In this document: positions 40,364 to 53,005 of the stretch, in pieces | Numbering within the stretch: the stretch's first letter is position 1 | Layout: the number at the start of each line of letters is the position of its first letter | Origin: Phoronis australis | Taxonomy: Eukaryota; Animalia; Phoronida | DNA length: 64,000 bases | NCBI GenBank assembly: GCA_002633005.1 | Contig: NMRA01000835.1 | Span: 1-64,000, forward strand | Direction of reading: 5' to 3' | Translations under genes and position numbers: made by a program | Notes under the pieces: model-generated | Databases searched by the model: none | What the model was told of the DNA's origin: nothing | Seen by the model: only the letters and a program-made list of their open reading frames with translations

Positions 40364-42439
40364 AATTGACGGCGCCTGAAAACAGCACGAGACCTTTGAT
40401 GTTTAGTTTTCCAAATCCTCAATCAGACAACACTATTATATTAGATGACCTAATCAATCCGTCTCGTGCAGCGCGCGCATGAAGACCGCGACGGAAAGTT
40501 GCTGGCAAATTTTTGGAAATTGCGCCTGATGGGGTGGATTTTGTAAATGAATTAATGGGGCGTAAACTTAAGCGTTGTAAATGGTTGGTAATTTGTCGCA
40601 ATGGGAAAAGAAGCTGAAATGATTAGTTAGTTGATTTGAGCAATATAGCCGCGTTTAATGATGGCGTCCCTTTTGTTGCAAGCTAATACAATCATTCCTT
40701 ACATTACGTTAAATATGTGACCTCAGTCATAAGACGGCTTAGCTGCGGGGAATAAAATTGAAATATACAAAACTAAACAATGATATTGATAACAGTTATG
40801 ATCATAATAGACACCTGGTTATGAAATCTGAGCATAATGTGAAACTCTACTCTAATGCAGTGTATCTGGGAAGGTAGACCATCTAAGTTTAGATAAAACG
40901 TGCACGAGAAATGTGAACTGAAAATTTTTGTAAATTTCCTACCATAACTACAAACAAAGAGTAGCTCATAGCTAGCCCGAATACATGCGTCTTTAGAACC
41001 ATATGCGTCTGCATGTTAACTTGCGCCTACAACAGAAATCAGGCATATTCGCCAATATGCAAAAAACTCCGTAAAAGCTAGGAGCAAATGCCATTACAAA
41101 ACGGTAGACATTGACGTGTATACTAGTTAACTGGCACTAAATATGGACACACCCAGGAGATTACCGCCTGCGCCTCAAAGAGTAAAACGCATCGCTTTGG
41201 ACATAGCCGCTTAGACGATACATTTGAAACACCGTAGTTAACAATAATCATGTTCCGCATCAAATAATTTTCTAGTTTCCGTCTTCTAGAGCGCACGTGC
41301 GTTAATGCGCACTGGAACTATTACCGCTGCAGTGAAAGCGGCAGCAGGTGATAACGCCCGGCGCTTGCTTACTTTCGGGCTTGATTACTGTTATTCTACT
41401 AAAATCTATGACTCGCTTAAATATTTACTATTGATTACCAGTTTACAACAATTGTTCACTGTGATTTGACCCCGCGGACGAATTCGTTTAATCACCATCA
41501 AAAGCATTTAATAATCTCATTAATCTACCCGCTCAGGTAGCTGTATCGAACATATTCCCATCGACGTGTTAAAAGTTATAATGCAGTTCAAATCACAAGG
41601 ATGAAGGCAACTGAGGCGTTCTTGTTCACTTTGAAAATTTCAGATTTTTGTAGATGAGAACCCGAAATTAACGCCAGTTGGCAAACCAATCAAACGACTC
41701 TACATACGCGGTACAATGTTTAAAAAAGCCTTCTTGTGAATGCAAAATTAGATAAATATCTTTCAAGATAACGATGAATATATTGACCTCAATGTTTCAA
41801 GCCATGTCAAGGATATCAATACAATTTCGACTGTATTCACTGGAATAATGAAGTGCGTTAATTCATTAACATAAAATAAAAACTAATTTGGTGGAAGCTT
41901 GCACTTGCGCTTGGTTGAAATTTAGTGATACGGTCGCACTTCACAACTGATAAAAAGTGTTTAGCCAAATATAGATACGAAAAGATACTTGACCTGAAAT
42001 TTCACGAAGTTTATAACCGGTTTAAGGCTATGTAGGACGCTAGAAAAATGTTCAACTTTGTAAAACCATATCTCAGAAATGGCTGTAATGAAATTTACGC
42101 ATATTACACCATTGTTTGGAATTTGTATTTCAAAATAATTCACCCATGCATGAGGAGCTAAAGATAAGACTTTTGTGATTTTCATGAAAAAGTTACATAA
42201 AACGAAAACGAGATGACAGTATAGAAAAAGGTAGCGACGTGTTTTGATTTCCTCTTGAACATTGATATTAAACTCAATTTGGTCATTTTACTGATACCGT
42301 TGCTTAGCTGTAAGTGTGTAAATTTTTCTTGTTTTTTCTAAAAAGGCATGGTTACTTAGTGGCAGATTAGTACAGTGTCGACAATCAAATTCCACAGACG
42401 TTCTGCTTCGAGAAAAGTTATACCTTTAGTAACTTAAAA

Positions 42440-42616
42440 TATATATATTGTGCTAATCTTTATAATTCTGATTGTAACACTGTATTTTTTATTCTCTGGT
42501 GGCTCCGTGGTCAGCGGACCCTTCGGGTGCTTTACGGAGTCTCCATAAGCGTAAATCTGTATCAACTGTATTTTTGTCTTAACGTGAATAAAGTGTATTA
42601 CTACTATTACTACTAT
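42440..42616 (+). mobile_element. 3' tail of a non-LTR retroposon (stem-loop, AATAAA, (TAC)n tail)
   Basis: Hairpin CTCCGT..ACCC-TTCG-GGT..ACGGAG at 42503-42539, then AATAAA and TACTACTATTACTACTA. Confidence 0.5.
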
Positions 42617-42749
42617 ACAGTGTAGTTGAATAACCCGTCTGTCAGGTCAAGCATGTAAAAACCAGGTCCAAAATGAGTGTGAAATAATATAACATATTTT
42701 AAATTGTTTTTCTCAAAATAACAAGTACATCAAAGAAAATACAGTATGT

Positions 42750-42838
42750 ACACACACAGACACGCACACACAAGGACACACACACGCACGCACACACACA
42801 TGCACGCACGCACGCATGCACGCACGCACGCACGCACT
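42750..42838. repeat. (CA)n/(GCAC)n compound microsatellite
   Basis: Direct inspection. Confidence 0.85.
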
Positions 42839-43225
42839 CATCATCTAACTTGTAAACTCGTGGTTGGTGCAGTTCAGGACTAATAAGGGTTTCCCAAAAA
42901 CCAGTTTGAGAGGGTTGTATATTACTTAGAATACAGTAATTATACAGGTAGCACATAAATTGGACTGGGGATCGCCAGGTGTGTAGAGTAGTTACAAATG
43001 AAATACTGGCAAATACTTTAAAGAGTTCCCACCATGCATTTTCTTAGTTTTTGAGGTTTCAGTTACCTAATATGAAATGAATATCATAAAATTTAACTAA
43101 ATAAGCATTTTTTATGCCAAATAGTCGCATTTTTTTTGATTTTGAAGAAAAAATAGTTACTCTCAACTTTCCCGCCAAATGACGCTATGGGTGGAAGACG
43201 TTTGGCCACTTGATAATCAATTGCA

Positions 43226-44948
43226 ATGGCGGAGTACAGCAGATCAGAAAACGACGACGATTTTGAACGAGAACTAGACAGCTATTATGCAGACAGAGAG
43301 GCGATTGGATACGGGGATCACTCTCAAGTGCTAGAAGAATCCGACAATGAGTTTGATTTCCCACTTGGGGAACTTTCGTCAGCTTTGAGACCGTATGAAC
43401 TCGACCCACCTGCACGAGAACTGCCGCAGCCACGTCGAGCGGAATCCCCCCCTTCTGGAGACTTCAGGGCAGACATTTCTGAATGGTAGGTACCCTTCTT
43501 CATTTATGCTTCTGTGTTCATATTTGCATTAATTTGAAAAACACGTACTCCTCACTTGGTATTACCTTGTCCTCGGCTGTGTCTGGGCCGAGTTCCGAGT
43601 AGCCGCCATATTGTTTATTATGGAGTTCGCAGTCAGAAGGCCTACCGGCTGTCGTACGACAGCGGTTAGCTGCACGACTAATTGCCATGCTCGTATTTAT
43701 TGCTGATTGGAGCTCTGATTGATTGTATTTTATTACTTTCAAAAAGCATGCAATCGTTACACCTTTAGCTCAATTTAGCACACTCAACTGCCAACACTTT
43801 CCACGGACGGTAATCGGCGGTCAGTGTGTCTTCGCCTGAGAAGGCTGTCCAGATGGCTGATTTTGATATCGTCTTGCACAGGGCAACATTATCACTTGAG
43901 ACAGAATAGATAGATAGCAATTTGGCACTAGTTGGATATAATGCACCCTGATTTAGAGATTAGATTGGATATGGGAGGATTTTAGAAGGCTCGCACCCCC
44001 TCTTTTTGGGGCCTACAAAAAATGTTGCCATTGCCCCACCCCCTGGGAAATCCTAGACCTCACAGTGATATAGAAGGCAGAGTAAGTGAATGGAGTTTTT
44101 GCCATATGTAACCCTCAAATTTTATTCGTAGGGGTAAACCTCAAAGACTTGATAATTTTGAAATTTAGAGGAACTTGCAGTATAAAATTATGGTTCCTCG
44201 GTCAGCGGAATATACACTCCAACACAGTTGCCACAGTTTCCTTGATCACCCCCCTGCCAAAATGACGTTACAGTTACTGCTCGTCGTATCACCTTGCCCC
44301 ACAACCATTGAGACTGCTTTTTATGAGGCCCTAATGTATACAATGCATATTGTGGCACTGGATGAAAGGAACTGTTGTGGTTCCATCACTGAACTGTTGC
44401 ACACTTCCACGGCATTACTTTACAGCTGAATTTATTGGATCATTCCACAAAAAAAATCCGAGATGATTAATTTTGATTCTTGCTTCTATGGTTTCACACC
44501 GAAGTCGTTTTATATTGTCATATTCACATATTTCAGGTGCACATGTGGAAACTGTCAACTGACACCGGTGCCAACGGAAAGAGTGTGTTGCCAAGAGATA
44601 AAGCAAGTGAAACAGAAGCTGCAAAAAGAACTAGATCGAGGAGGCCTTAGCAAACCCAGGCAGTGTATAACATATCACAGGGGATTTGACAACGTTTGTT
44701 TGGACCCTGATGTGCTAGAGATCAGTTGGGGGCAGTATAAATTCCATTACCCCGATGGTTATGAAGGACCATACGATCGCAAAATGAGACATACTGCCTA
44801 CCGACAATTCCAACGTTGGATCCATGGGTTCTTGGGGCGACGTGTGAGAGTGGTTATACCTGCCTGTGCTGTAGCTAAAATACGTGCTAACTTCCCGCCT
44901 CCAGGAAATGAAGAGGACTATACATTTACTGGATTTTCTTTTGATTGA
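43226..44948 (+). CDS. KolX accessory protein (P2X7 cytoplasmic ballast/Nanor-like Cys-rich domain), 2 exons, 223 aa
   Basis: Exons 43226-43485 and 44537-44948 join as SEW|CTCGNC; motifs PYELDP, WCTCGNC, ERVCCQE, CITYH.GF..VCL, RHTAYRQF..W..G.LG...R.VIPACAV..IR..FP; AATAAA at 44983. Confidence 0.88.
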
Positions 44949-46238
44949 TGTACATAGCTCATTAGAATCACTTAGTATTTTTAATAAAACTGTATATTAC
45001 GAACTTCAGTAGTCACATTAATGTAAATAATTGCTTTCCCACATGTCCTTGGCATTACTCAACAATATAGACTGTGGTGTAATACTACAATCTACTATTA
45101 TGAGACCAAACGTTCAATTACATTAGCGTGATACAAGTGGTTCAATTACATTAGCGTGATACAAGTCCCAGATTGGCTGTGACTTCCTTTATGCAAAGTA
45201 AGCCATGCTTTCTTTTTTGACATTGGTTAGACATGTCGATGTATTGGATTACTAGGAGAATCGACATGGAATCTAGAGTCCAAGGACTTCTTTATGAGTA
45301 GTACCTTTGCTCTTTCCAGAAGAATTTCGACATAATGCTGTTATATTCTTTGAACCTTAACTGGATGAAAAACTGGTAACAGGCATTGACACTTGGAATT
45401 ATTTTACACGACAAACCATTGAGGCTAACAATCCTACAAAGCCACTGCTTTCACAGGTTTGAAATTCCTTAGAACTCTTGATATTTCTCTTACAACACTA
45501 GGAATTGCATTTTTGATAAATCTGACAATATTATGCAGTACAGTTGTCCCAGTTTTTGCACTGGGCCCATTACACAAGTTTCTCTTTGAATGGCTCTGAC
45601 TATACACACAAGGACTTATGGGTGATTTACTTTATGCACTTTCAAGGCTAAATAAGTTCTCCTGAGGTAGCTATTGCAAAATCCCGAAAGTAAGGCCAAG
45701 GCCTTGTTGCTCAAATGATGCATTTTCAGGGAACAGTTAAATAATGGCCCATCAGTTCTCAAGCTTGGAGATAATTTCTAACCTGGGTAAGGAACACAAT
45801 GAGGCCTACTGCATCAGTAGCGATGTTGGTTTTTGACGGGAGCGAATTTATTGGCCCTTAAAATGTTAAACCATGTCCTTACATGTGGACCAAAAAGGAA
45901 TTCATTTCCTCCAAAATTACGATCCTATCTATGAGCAATGTTAAAATGTTCATATTATTTATCAATCATCAATCTTTCCGAAAACAGTTTTAAGTAATAC
46001 AATTACAGCAGTATAAATAACAATCAACATGCAATCGGGGCCCAATCGTAACACCTGGAACAAAACTGGTAATTATATGACACTTCTGTCTCAGTATTCA
46101 ATCGCTAGGTAATATTTCACTCAACATTATTCTGCTTATTGACACAAACCGAAGGTTGAGGTTGATACGCGGAATAATGTCTCGTGGGATATTACTTTAT
46201 GTACGCCACTCTCGGTGCGTTTTCTGTATGTATCCATC

Positions 46239-49200
46239 TCAGGGGTACACATGCGGGTATCTGCTTCTTAGGGCCTCAGCCACTTCATGAGTGTCAACTT
46301 CAGGATACTCCGTTGTTAAAGGCTGAGGAGCATTTGCCTCACGCAAGTCGCGCAGATGTGTTGCCAGCTGAGGATTCTTTACGAGGTACATCACTGTGTC
46401 CATTAACTTATCAACATACGCTGAAAGATACAAAGCATAAGTTGAGAGCATATAGTGAGAAGTTAGCAAAACTGTCCTTCCTTTTGTCACTCCCTTGGTC
46501 TATGCAGCTTAAAACCAATCATGTTCTCGCGTTAAACCCAATTTTCTGCTTGCTTATGGTTTTTTGAGACCAAATTAATGGTAACTCAAACTAGTCTGCA
46601 ATTGCAGGAAACTCGTTTTGTCAGGTAACAGACTGTACATCTTAATTACCATATGTAGCCTCTACTCTTGTAGCTCGTGCGACTGGTTCGCCTCCTCTCC
46701 CTCGTGGAAAGCTCCTCTTCCACTTCAGAGACATGTCAGCTTTCCGTGCCAATGCTCTACCCGCATTTTCATTGTAATGTAGAGCCGCCAAGGTGAGCCT
46801 GTGAAGAAAACAGAAAACAAAATCCAAAAAATTATAGTTATCAAATATTAGTGGTGTTCTAGAAAAAATCACACAAAGTTAACATCTAAAAGTTAAATTA
46901 AGACCTCTAACTATATGACACCTTCAACACTAGTGGGTGCAAAGATTTCATCCAAAAATGGGAACATGTCATTGTTTCCAAATTACCTGCTTTTCATTGT
47001 GTGATAGTGGAAGTGGCGCATCTTAGGAGCAAATTCATTTACCACAGCATGAAATGCCTCTAATGAAGCTGTCTGTCCAAACGGGGACAGTTTCTGTACA
47101 TCTTTTTCCATCTGCCGGCTTTCCAGCACTTTAACCAGCTCCTCATATTGTTGCGATCCTGTGACAAGGACAAAGCAGACACTTTCAGGTTATTAACCTG
47201 AAAACAGGGTCTAAGTCATCAAATCAATGGCTGGATCACTTAGTTTCAAAATCAGTCATTTTCTATTTTATGGTATCCACTGTTATACAACAAGGAAATT
47301 TTAACCCAATTTTAACATGGTTGATGTTGCTATGAACCTGTGTGCTGCCAATATTATTGGGACCACAGAAATTGTCTCTTGCTCACAGCAGAACTGACAG
47401 TAAATTATTGCTCAAGACCATTCTAAGTTCATAAAATGACACTCTGGACCAAGCAAAGTTAATGAATCTGACCTCCAGCAACAACAGAGCTCAGAAATCA
47501 CTTCCAATATGACCAAGAACCTATCAAAACCAATTTTACAACTAAGATGAAATTACTTTTTTGCAGAGGACAGATTATCCGGACAACTGAACTTGCAATT
47601 TTCACGAATATTATGTTTTGTAGGTAAGCAGTCAGGAAATGCTCCGGCAGCAATAAACATACTTTACTTGTATTCTGCAAAGATTTTGTGATGTACTGAG
47701 ACATCCACAGAAGTCAAACAGTTGAAAGCTTTGTTGTCGCCTAATGGTTCAACCAATTAAGTGACTCAGTGGTAAAAATAAGTAAGTCAAATCAAAAAGT
47801 ATACCTGGCTGTAACCACTGCCTGGGTGAAAGTGCATCATGAGCACATCTTGGAAACAGGGGATGCTTGTGTACATGGATATCTGCAATATGATTGGAGA
47901 GGCTCCTCCACTTGGCCAATGCCAGCTCTCCATTCCCATCACTTGAGGTTGCGCACCAATACAAGTGATTGGTGATCGCTGGTTTCCACTTTCCCACCTC
48001 AGGGTACTTTTTTACGATGACTAATAATTTTTTATTCAGGCCTAAAACAAAGTGATATAATATTACTTTGCAATACATGTATAAAGTAGCAGCACATTGA
48101 TCAAATCAGAGTTTGTCTCAATGCTTTCCTTAACAACGCGTGACTTGTCACTCGTCAGTCTGCAATGACAATGACACGATCTGTTATTTTCTGTTGAGGA
48201 TACATGTAGTTTATCTGTTGGAATTTCCGAGAAAATAAGACACAGAAATAATCAGTCTATTACCTTTTGAAACATGCCAAATGTCAAAGAAGTGTTCATC
48301 TGGCCTCCAGTGGTCTCGAATCCATGCTGTTATCTGCGGGTGCCGGTCTGTAACTACTGTAATTTTGGTAGGCGAAGCAGTAGCCAAAAGCTTAACCTTG
48401 CATCTCTTCAAGCCTTCAAGCTCCATGTGGTAAGAGCTACCAACTTCATTTTTCTGCAACATATTTAGCTCATTAAAAATCAAAACCAATAATAGAGCCA
48501 ACAACATAAACTGTATATTATTCACATATCAGACTTACTTGAACTAATTGAATCCTTTTCATATCTCTTTTAACCTGAAAGAAAACCATTTGTGTACTTG
48601 AAACAGAAATATTACCTGGACAATTTCCATGGCTATGACCTTGTTTCCATGAAGGTCCATCAAAGAGTATGACCCGTACTTAGCAGAGTGGCCAGGGCTA
48701 CAATTTAAAGAGGAGAGATCGCAATTTTCTATGTGAACAACAATTCTAAGAAACACCATCCTGAAAATATAATTTCCGTTACTAATAATAACTTCAATTC
48801 CAGCATAGAACGTGTGTGCCTAATTATTTTAGGTAATACCTGCAATGACTCTCATGTGTGCCTAATTATTTCAAGTAATACCTGCAATGACTCTCATTGA
48901 TCGTTGTATTGTTGATATGAAAAGGAAATTATCATAACAGCACTTATTTATAAACAAAGACAAAAATTTACCTATCACATCTTGCATCACCACCAAGCAG
49001 AACCTCAGGAGCCAAATTAAGGAGGAGTTCCTCCTGCTGGTCACAATAGACTTTGTCTATAGCATCATGAAGAAATAGCCGTTGATGGCGAAAGAATGTG
49101 TTTGTATGATATGATTGAACACCAATGAACTGCAGCAAATTTTGTACTTTTGAAATTGAGCTGCCACTAAACAAGGTGGCAGCTGACAACAAGAGATTTC

Positions 49201-52200
49201 CTTCCGGGTAATCCCCAACAAATGGCTGGGAGTGCCAGGTGTAGCCAGGACACTTTAACGTATCGCAGTTCTGCTGCACAACAACCATCGTGCCCATCAT
49301 CTTCATGATCTGAGGGGAAGCCTTTTTCCTACAGAGGTGGCAGACATCAAATAACTTCAACAGTGAAGCCTCATACACGATGTACTTCCTGTTGGCATCA
49401 GGTTCGATGAAGTCAGGTGTTGACAATTTCCTAAAACGGTATTACAAATTACACGTTAGATTTATGTGCAATAATAGCTTACCTATCAATAGGCAAACAC
49501 AAAGGTAACTATGACTTCATTTATTATGGCGTTTTCCCGTTCTTCAAACTTGTTCAATTTTAAAACCCAACAGCAAGTTGGGAAGATGACCTGAGATTTT
49601 TTGCGAAATGTCAAATGTGAACAAAAGTTCAGTTAATATTGGTCAATATATTTCCCTAATTCTATAAGACCAAGTCATCAATTTTGATAAAAGCTTACTT
49701 GGGGCGCTTTTCTGGGCTAGATTCCTCTTCAGAAGAAGGACTGTACGAGGAATCTGAATCTTCAACAGGCGAGTCCAACTGAGGCTCCAGAGGTAGAAGG
49801 GGAGGTGAAGAGTCTGTGGTGGATGGCAATGTGGTATGAGTCTCCAGCTGAATCTCAACGTGCAGGGGAGAGGACGCAACAAGTGGGGTTTCTGCAGATG
49901 CAGCACACACTGTAGATGACGACATGGTAGGACCTGACTCGACACTCATCTCACCTTTCTTAAACCATCCTTCAAGATCACTGCCTGCAGGAAATAAATT
50001 GACAGCACTTTAGAAACAGACACTTGGCAAAACAGCGTTTCCGAAGAAACCAAATGTCATCTCAACAAGGAACAAGATGAGACCATTGTTACAGCATTAT
50101 CTGGTCTAAGTCAATCCTTTGTTTTTAAAGTCAGCACAATTAGCAAAATATCTAGTGTAAGAATACTGCAATCTTATTAAAAATATAATTTTTCTGAAAG
50201 TACAAATCCTGTACAATTTGCAGCATTTTTGACTTTTTACTAATCTAATATAAGTGGGTCACGTGACCACGTATTAGTAAAATTCAGGAAAAAGGAAAAG
50301 GTACAATGATAGCAAAACAATGGTATCAATTACGGTAACCATAACATGCATGATCAAATTTCACTTGAGATAAATTTTCTAAATGAGATATCAAAAATGC
50401 TGTTATAGTTTTTCATCATTTTCAATTCATGAAAATTAAAAAGTTTTTACGCAAATCACAAAATTCCTATTTTGGGATAGACCTTCACACAAAAGTGGAT
50501 AATTATAAAAACAAACCCTAACAACCTTTTCTATACCAGTGGATAAAGCATAGTACCTGAAGTTTTCATACGAGGTGTGATGTTCCAACGTAAGCCATGT
50601 TCAATACATTATAACACGTTATCTCTTTTAAAGTAAAGCATCTCAAAGCAATATACATATACAAAACAAAACAAAACAAAACAAAGCACAGCAGCAGTGT
50701 ACTGATGAAGGTCGTCCCTGACAAGATAATGCTATTATGGAGAAATACAAAATGCGCCTTCCTTCTGTCCATAGGCAAACCACTTCAGCCCATAAATTAA
50801 GTATACTATCAACTCAACTCAATAACCAAGTATTCATGAAAGGCATTCCCATGATAATCCAAACAAATTACCAGTAATTTTCGTTTGTGTTTCAGCATCT
50901 TGTTTGATAGGCTTCACGATGAGTTCTGTGTCCCAGGAACACATAAGTTTAGGTGGTGAAGGCGATGGAGCACGAGACACAGTGTGAGGAGCTTTCGGGT
51001 TCTTGGTTTGATGCTGCTTGGCAAGCGAACGTACTTCTTCACGAATCTAGACAAGTGCAAATTGAGAATATTTACCAAACCTAGACGGTTTGAAAAAAGT
51101 ATAAAAATAGCACTTTGACAGAGCAATACGATGTCAAAACGGAATTAACTCGATATGAAATTCCACAAGGCAATCACAAATTTATAAAATTCATGGCAAT
51201 GAACTTACCCTTGCAGTCTGAAGCTTTTTTGTCACCACAGCCCGTTCAGCCTTGCGTTTCGTACTCACAGCCACTCGCTGAGACGGCAATGTGCTTACTT
51301 TACCAGATATAGGTAAAACTGATGGCACACTGCCTGGAAGTAAGCGAAGACGACTGCAAAACAAATCCGAAGAATTTAGTTACTCACGCTGCATCCAGTA
51401 CAACATGGTCAAGATTTTCTTCCAGTATAATTCATGTATAAGCCTATGCATTTGCTACAGTGTATGGACTTACAAGTTACATGTTTGAAGGACTCTGCAA
51501 TGACATTGTAAGAACCCCCATGGCACATGGACTGATCAAGTCGAACACATCCACACCCGTCACACAAGAAAAGGCATCCGAGAATTACTTAGATGCATGG
51601 TAAAGAAAATCTAAATTAGAATCCAGTGCATGCTGTGTTCACTTGGAAATCCTATTGGCACACATCAGTGCTAAATTAAGTTACAGGATTCTCCAGTCTA
51701 ATCTGTCCAACAATAAAACAGTACAAATGTCATGAAGAGACTCACTGCAAAAAAATTGCAGATTTGAATGCGGCTTTGACGAAGAAAACTATAAGTGGGT
51801 TGAATCATGAGACACAAAGAACAGTGCTTGCATGATTGACAGTGTATTCACGACCAACACCCTTGGTTAATGGAGAATTGTAATGGCCTTCCTTGTTACA
51901 TTGAATGTTTGAGTATCACAAGTACACAACCTGCAGAATGTAGGTGCCATCTTGTTTACTGAAGAAGACCAGCGTAAAATTTTGCCTTCAAAGAATTACA
52001 GGCATTTGATTTCCTCCTCTGAATACTGCAGTAATAATCCAGTGTTCATACAGAAAGGTACTGAGTCACAACCAACTCAACTGAACCAAGGGGTGGTCAA
52101 TTTTCACAAAACTGACACTTTATAATCGCTGACAAAGGACAAAGTAAGCCTGGGTCACTCCTATTCACTATTGTCATGATGGAATGAACGTGGTAGGCAA

Positions 52201-52591
52201 TGCTTACTCCGTAGTCCGTAATGGCATAAGCCTACGAGGCTACGTGTAGTAGCACTCGATCTGGGCCGGAGTCGAGGGCTACTCCTCAATCGCCCTAGAA
52301 TAGAAGCAGTGTGTTCGTTATTTATAAAATTTGAAAATACACTTACAAGGTGGCGAGTCCTTCATCGTATCGCCGCTTCTGTGTGGGGTCGAAACACGAC
52401 TCGCTAAAATGTGACGAGCAAATGGTGGCTCCCGACCGGATCGCATGTTCAACAGTAACATTCCATACCCGAGTACGGCGCACAAACCGGTGCCATTTCT
52501 GTGCAACTTTGACATCTTTCGGGAATTTGAATGCTGAGACGTTCTCAGTCAAATTGCTGTTGCTACAGCCGCCACAAACGCACCTTTTCAT
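46239..52591 (-). CDS. Kolobok transposase with N-terminal THAP domain, DDE core and H2CH zinc motif; 11 exons, 773 aa
   Basis: Exons 52591-52347, 51353-51209, 51046-50872, 49984-49699, 49430-48972, 48697-48616, 48453-48264, 48041-47805, 47158-46987, 46798-46650, 46420-46239; all GT-AG and phase-compatible (2322 nt, no internal stop found). THAP: CVCGGC..FP..W..CSSHF..GSVPS. Core: GDARCDSPGHSAKY, VTDRH, DIWH, HLYWC, HIADIH..CAH, QTASLEAFH..FAPK, LAALHYNEN. Confidence 0.9.
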
Positions 52592-53005
52592 GACTGAAAA
52601 AAGGCAGCTACCCACGAACTTTCCTCTCGACTCCTTAGTTCAACACTGCGTAAACAACAACAATGGCAGAGACGGCCTTCCACCCGTTACGTAGAACAGA
52701 AAATATATTTTTTTTAATTTTTGGCTTTTTCTAAGCAGTAGGTATACTAAAGACTATTAAATCTCTTAAGATATATTAATAAAATTCTTTTTTGGTATAC
52801 AATGTCATGGTGGGAACTCTTTAAATATACACGGGTAACTCCATTTGTGACGAACGTACAATCAGAGAACATTTTGATCAATTGTGAAAAATATGTTTAT
52901 CCTAGGAAAACAATTAATACATCAATTGATAGGTCTCACTGATACCTTTCAAAGCGTGTATCAACTTTTAAACAGTCTTTTAATCTGAGAGAAAATTGCC
53001 TTTAA

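Larger units (their letters stand above)
43022..52820. mobile_element. Autonomous Kolobok-type DNA transposon, 9799 bp
   Basis: 15-bp perfect TIR AGAGTTCCCACCATG (43022-43036) / CATGGTGGGAACTCT (52806-52820); TTAA on both sides (43018-43021, 52821-52824); RR..YY termini; two convergent genes (THAP-DDE transposase and KolX). Confidence 0.93.

Noticed and set aside
39822-40369. Duplicated small gene MQAPSSKNK...
   Set aside because: Arises from the 325-bp overlap around a single N; no recognisable protein features
44463-44948. P2X7 receptor gene
   Set aside because: Only the ballast-like domain is present, with no TM or ectodomain, and it lies inside transposon TIRs
45112-45166. 27-bp direct repeat (and a 42-bp repeat at 48813-48896)
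   Set aside because: Simple local duplications in spacer or intron sequence with no sign of function
46184-46567. 127-aa + strand ORF (likewise 52350-52694, 47769-47975, 48274-48468)
   Set aside because: Antisense shadows of transposase exons
43022-52820. piggyBac or P-element assignment
   Set aside because: TTAA fits piggyBac but the ends are AG..CT rather than CC..GG and the motifs differ; P elements have THAP but make 8-bp TSDs and lack KolX
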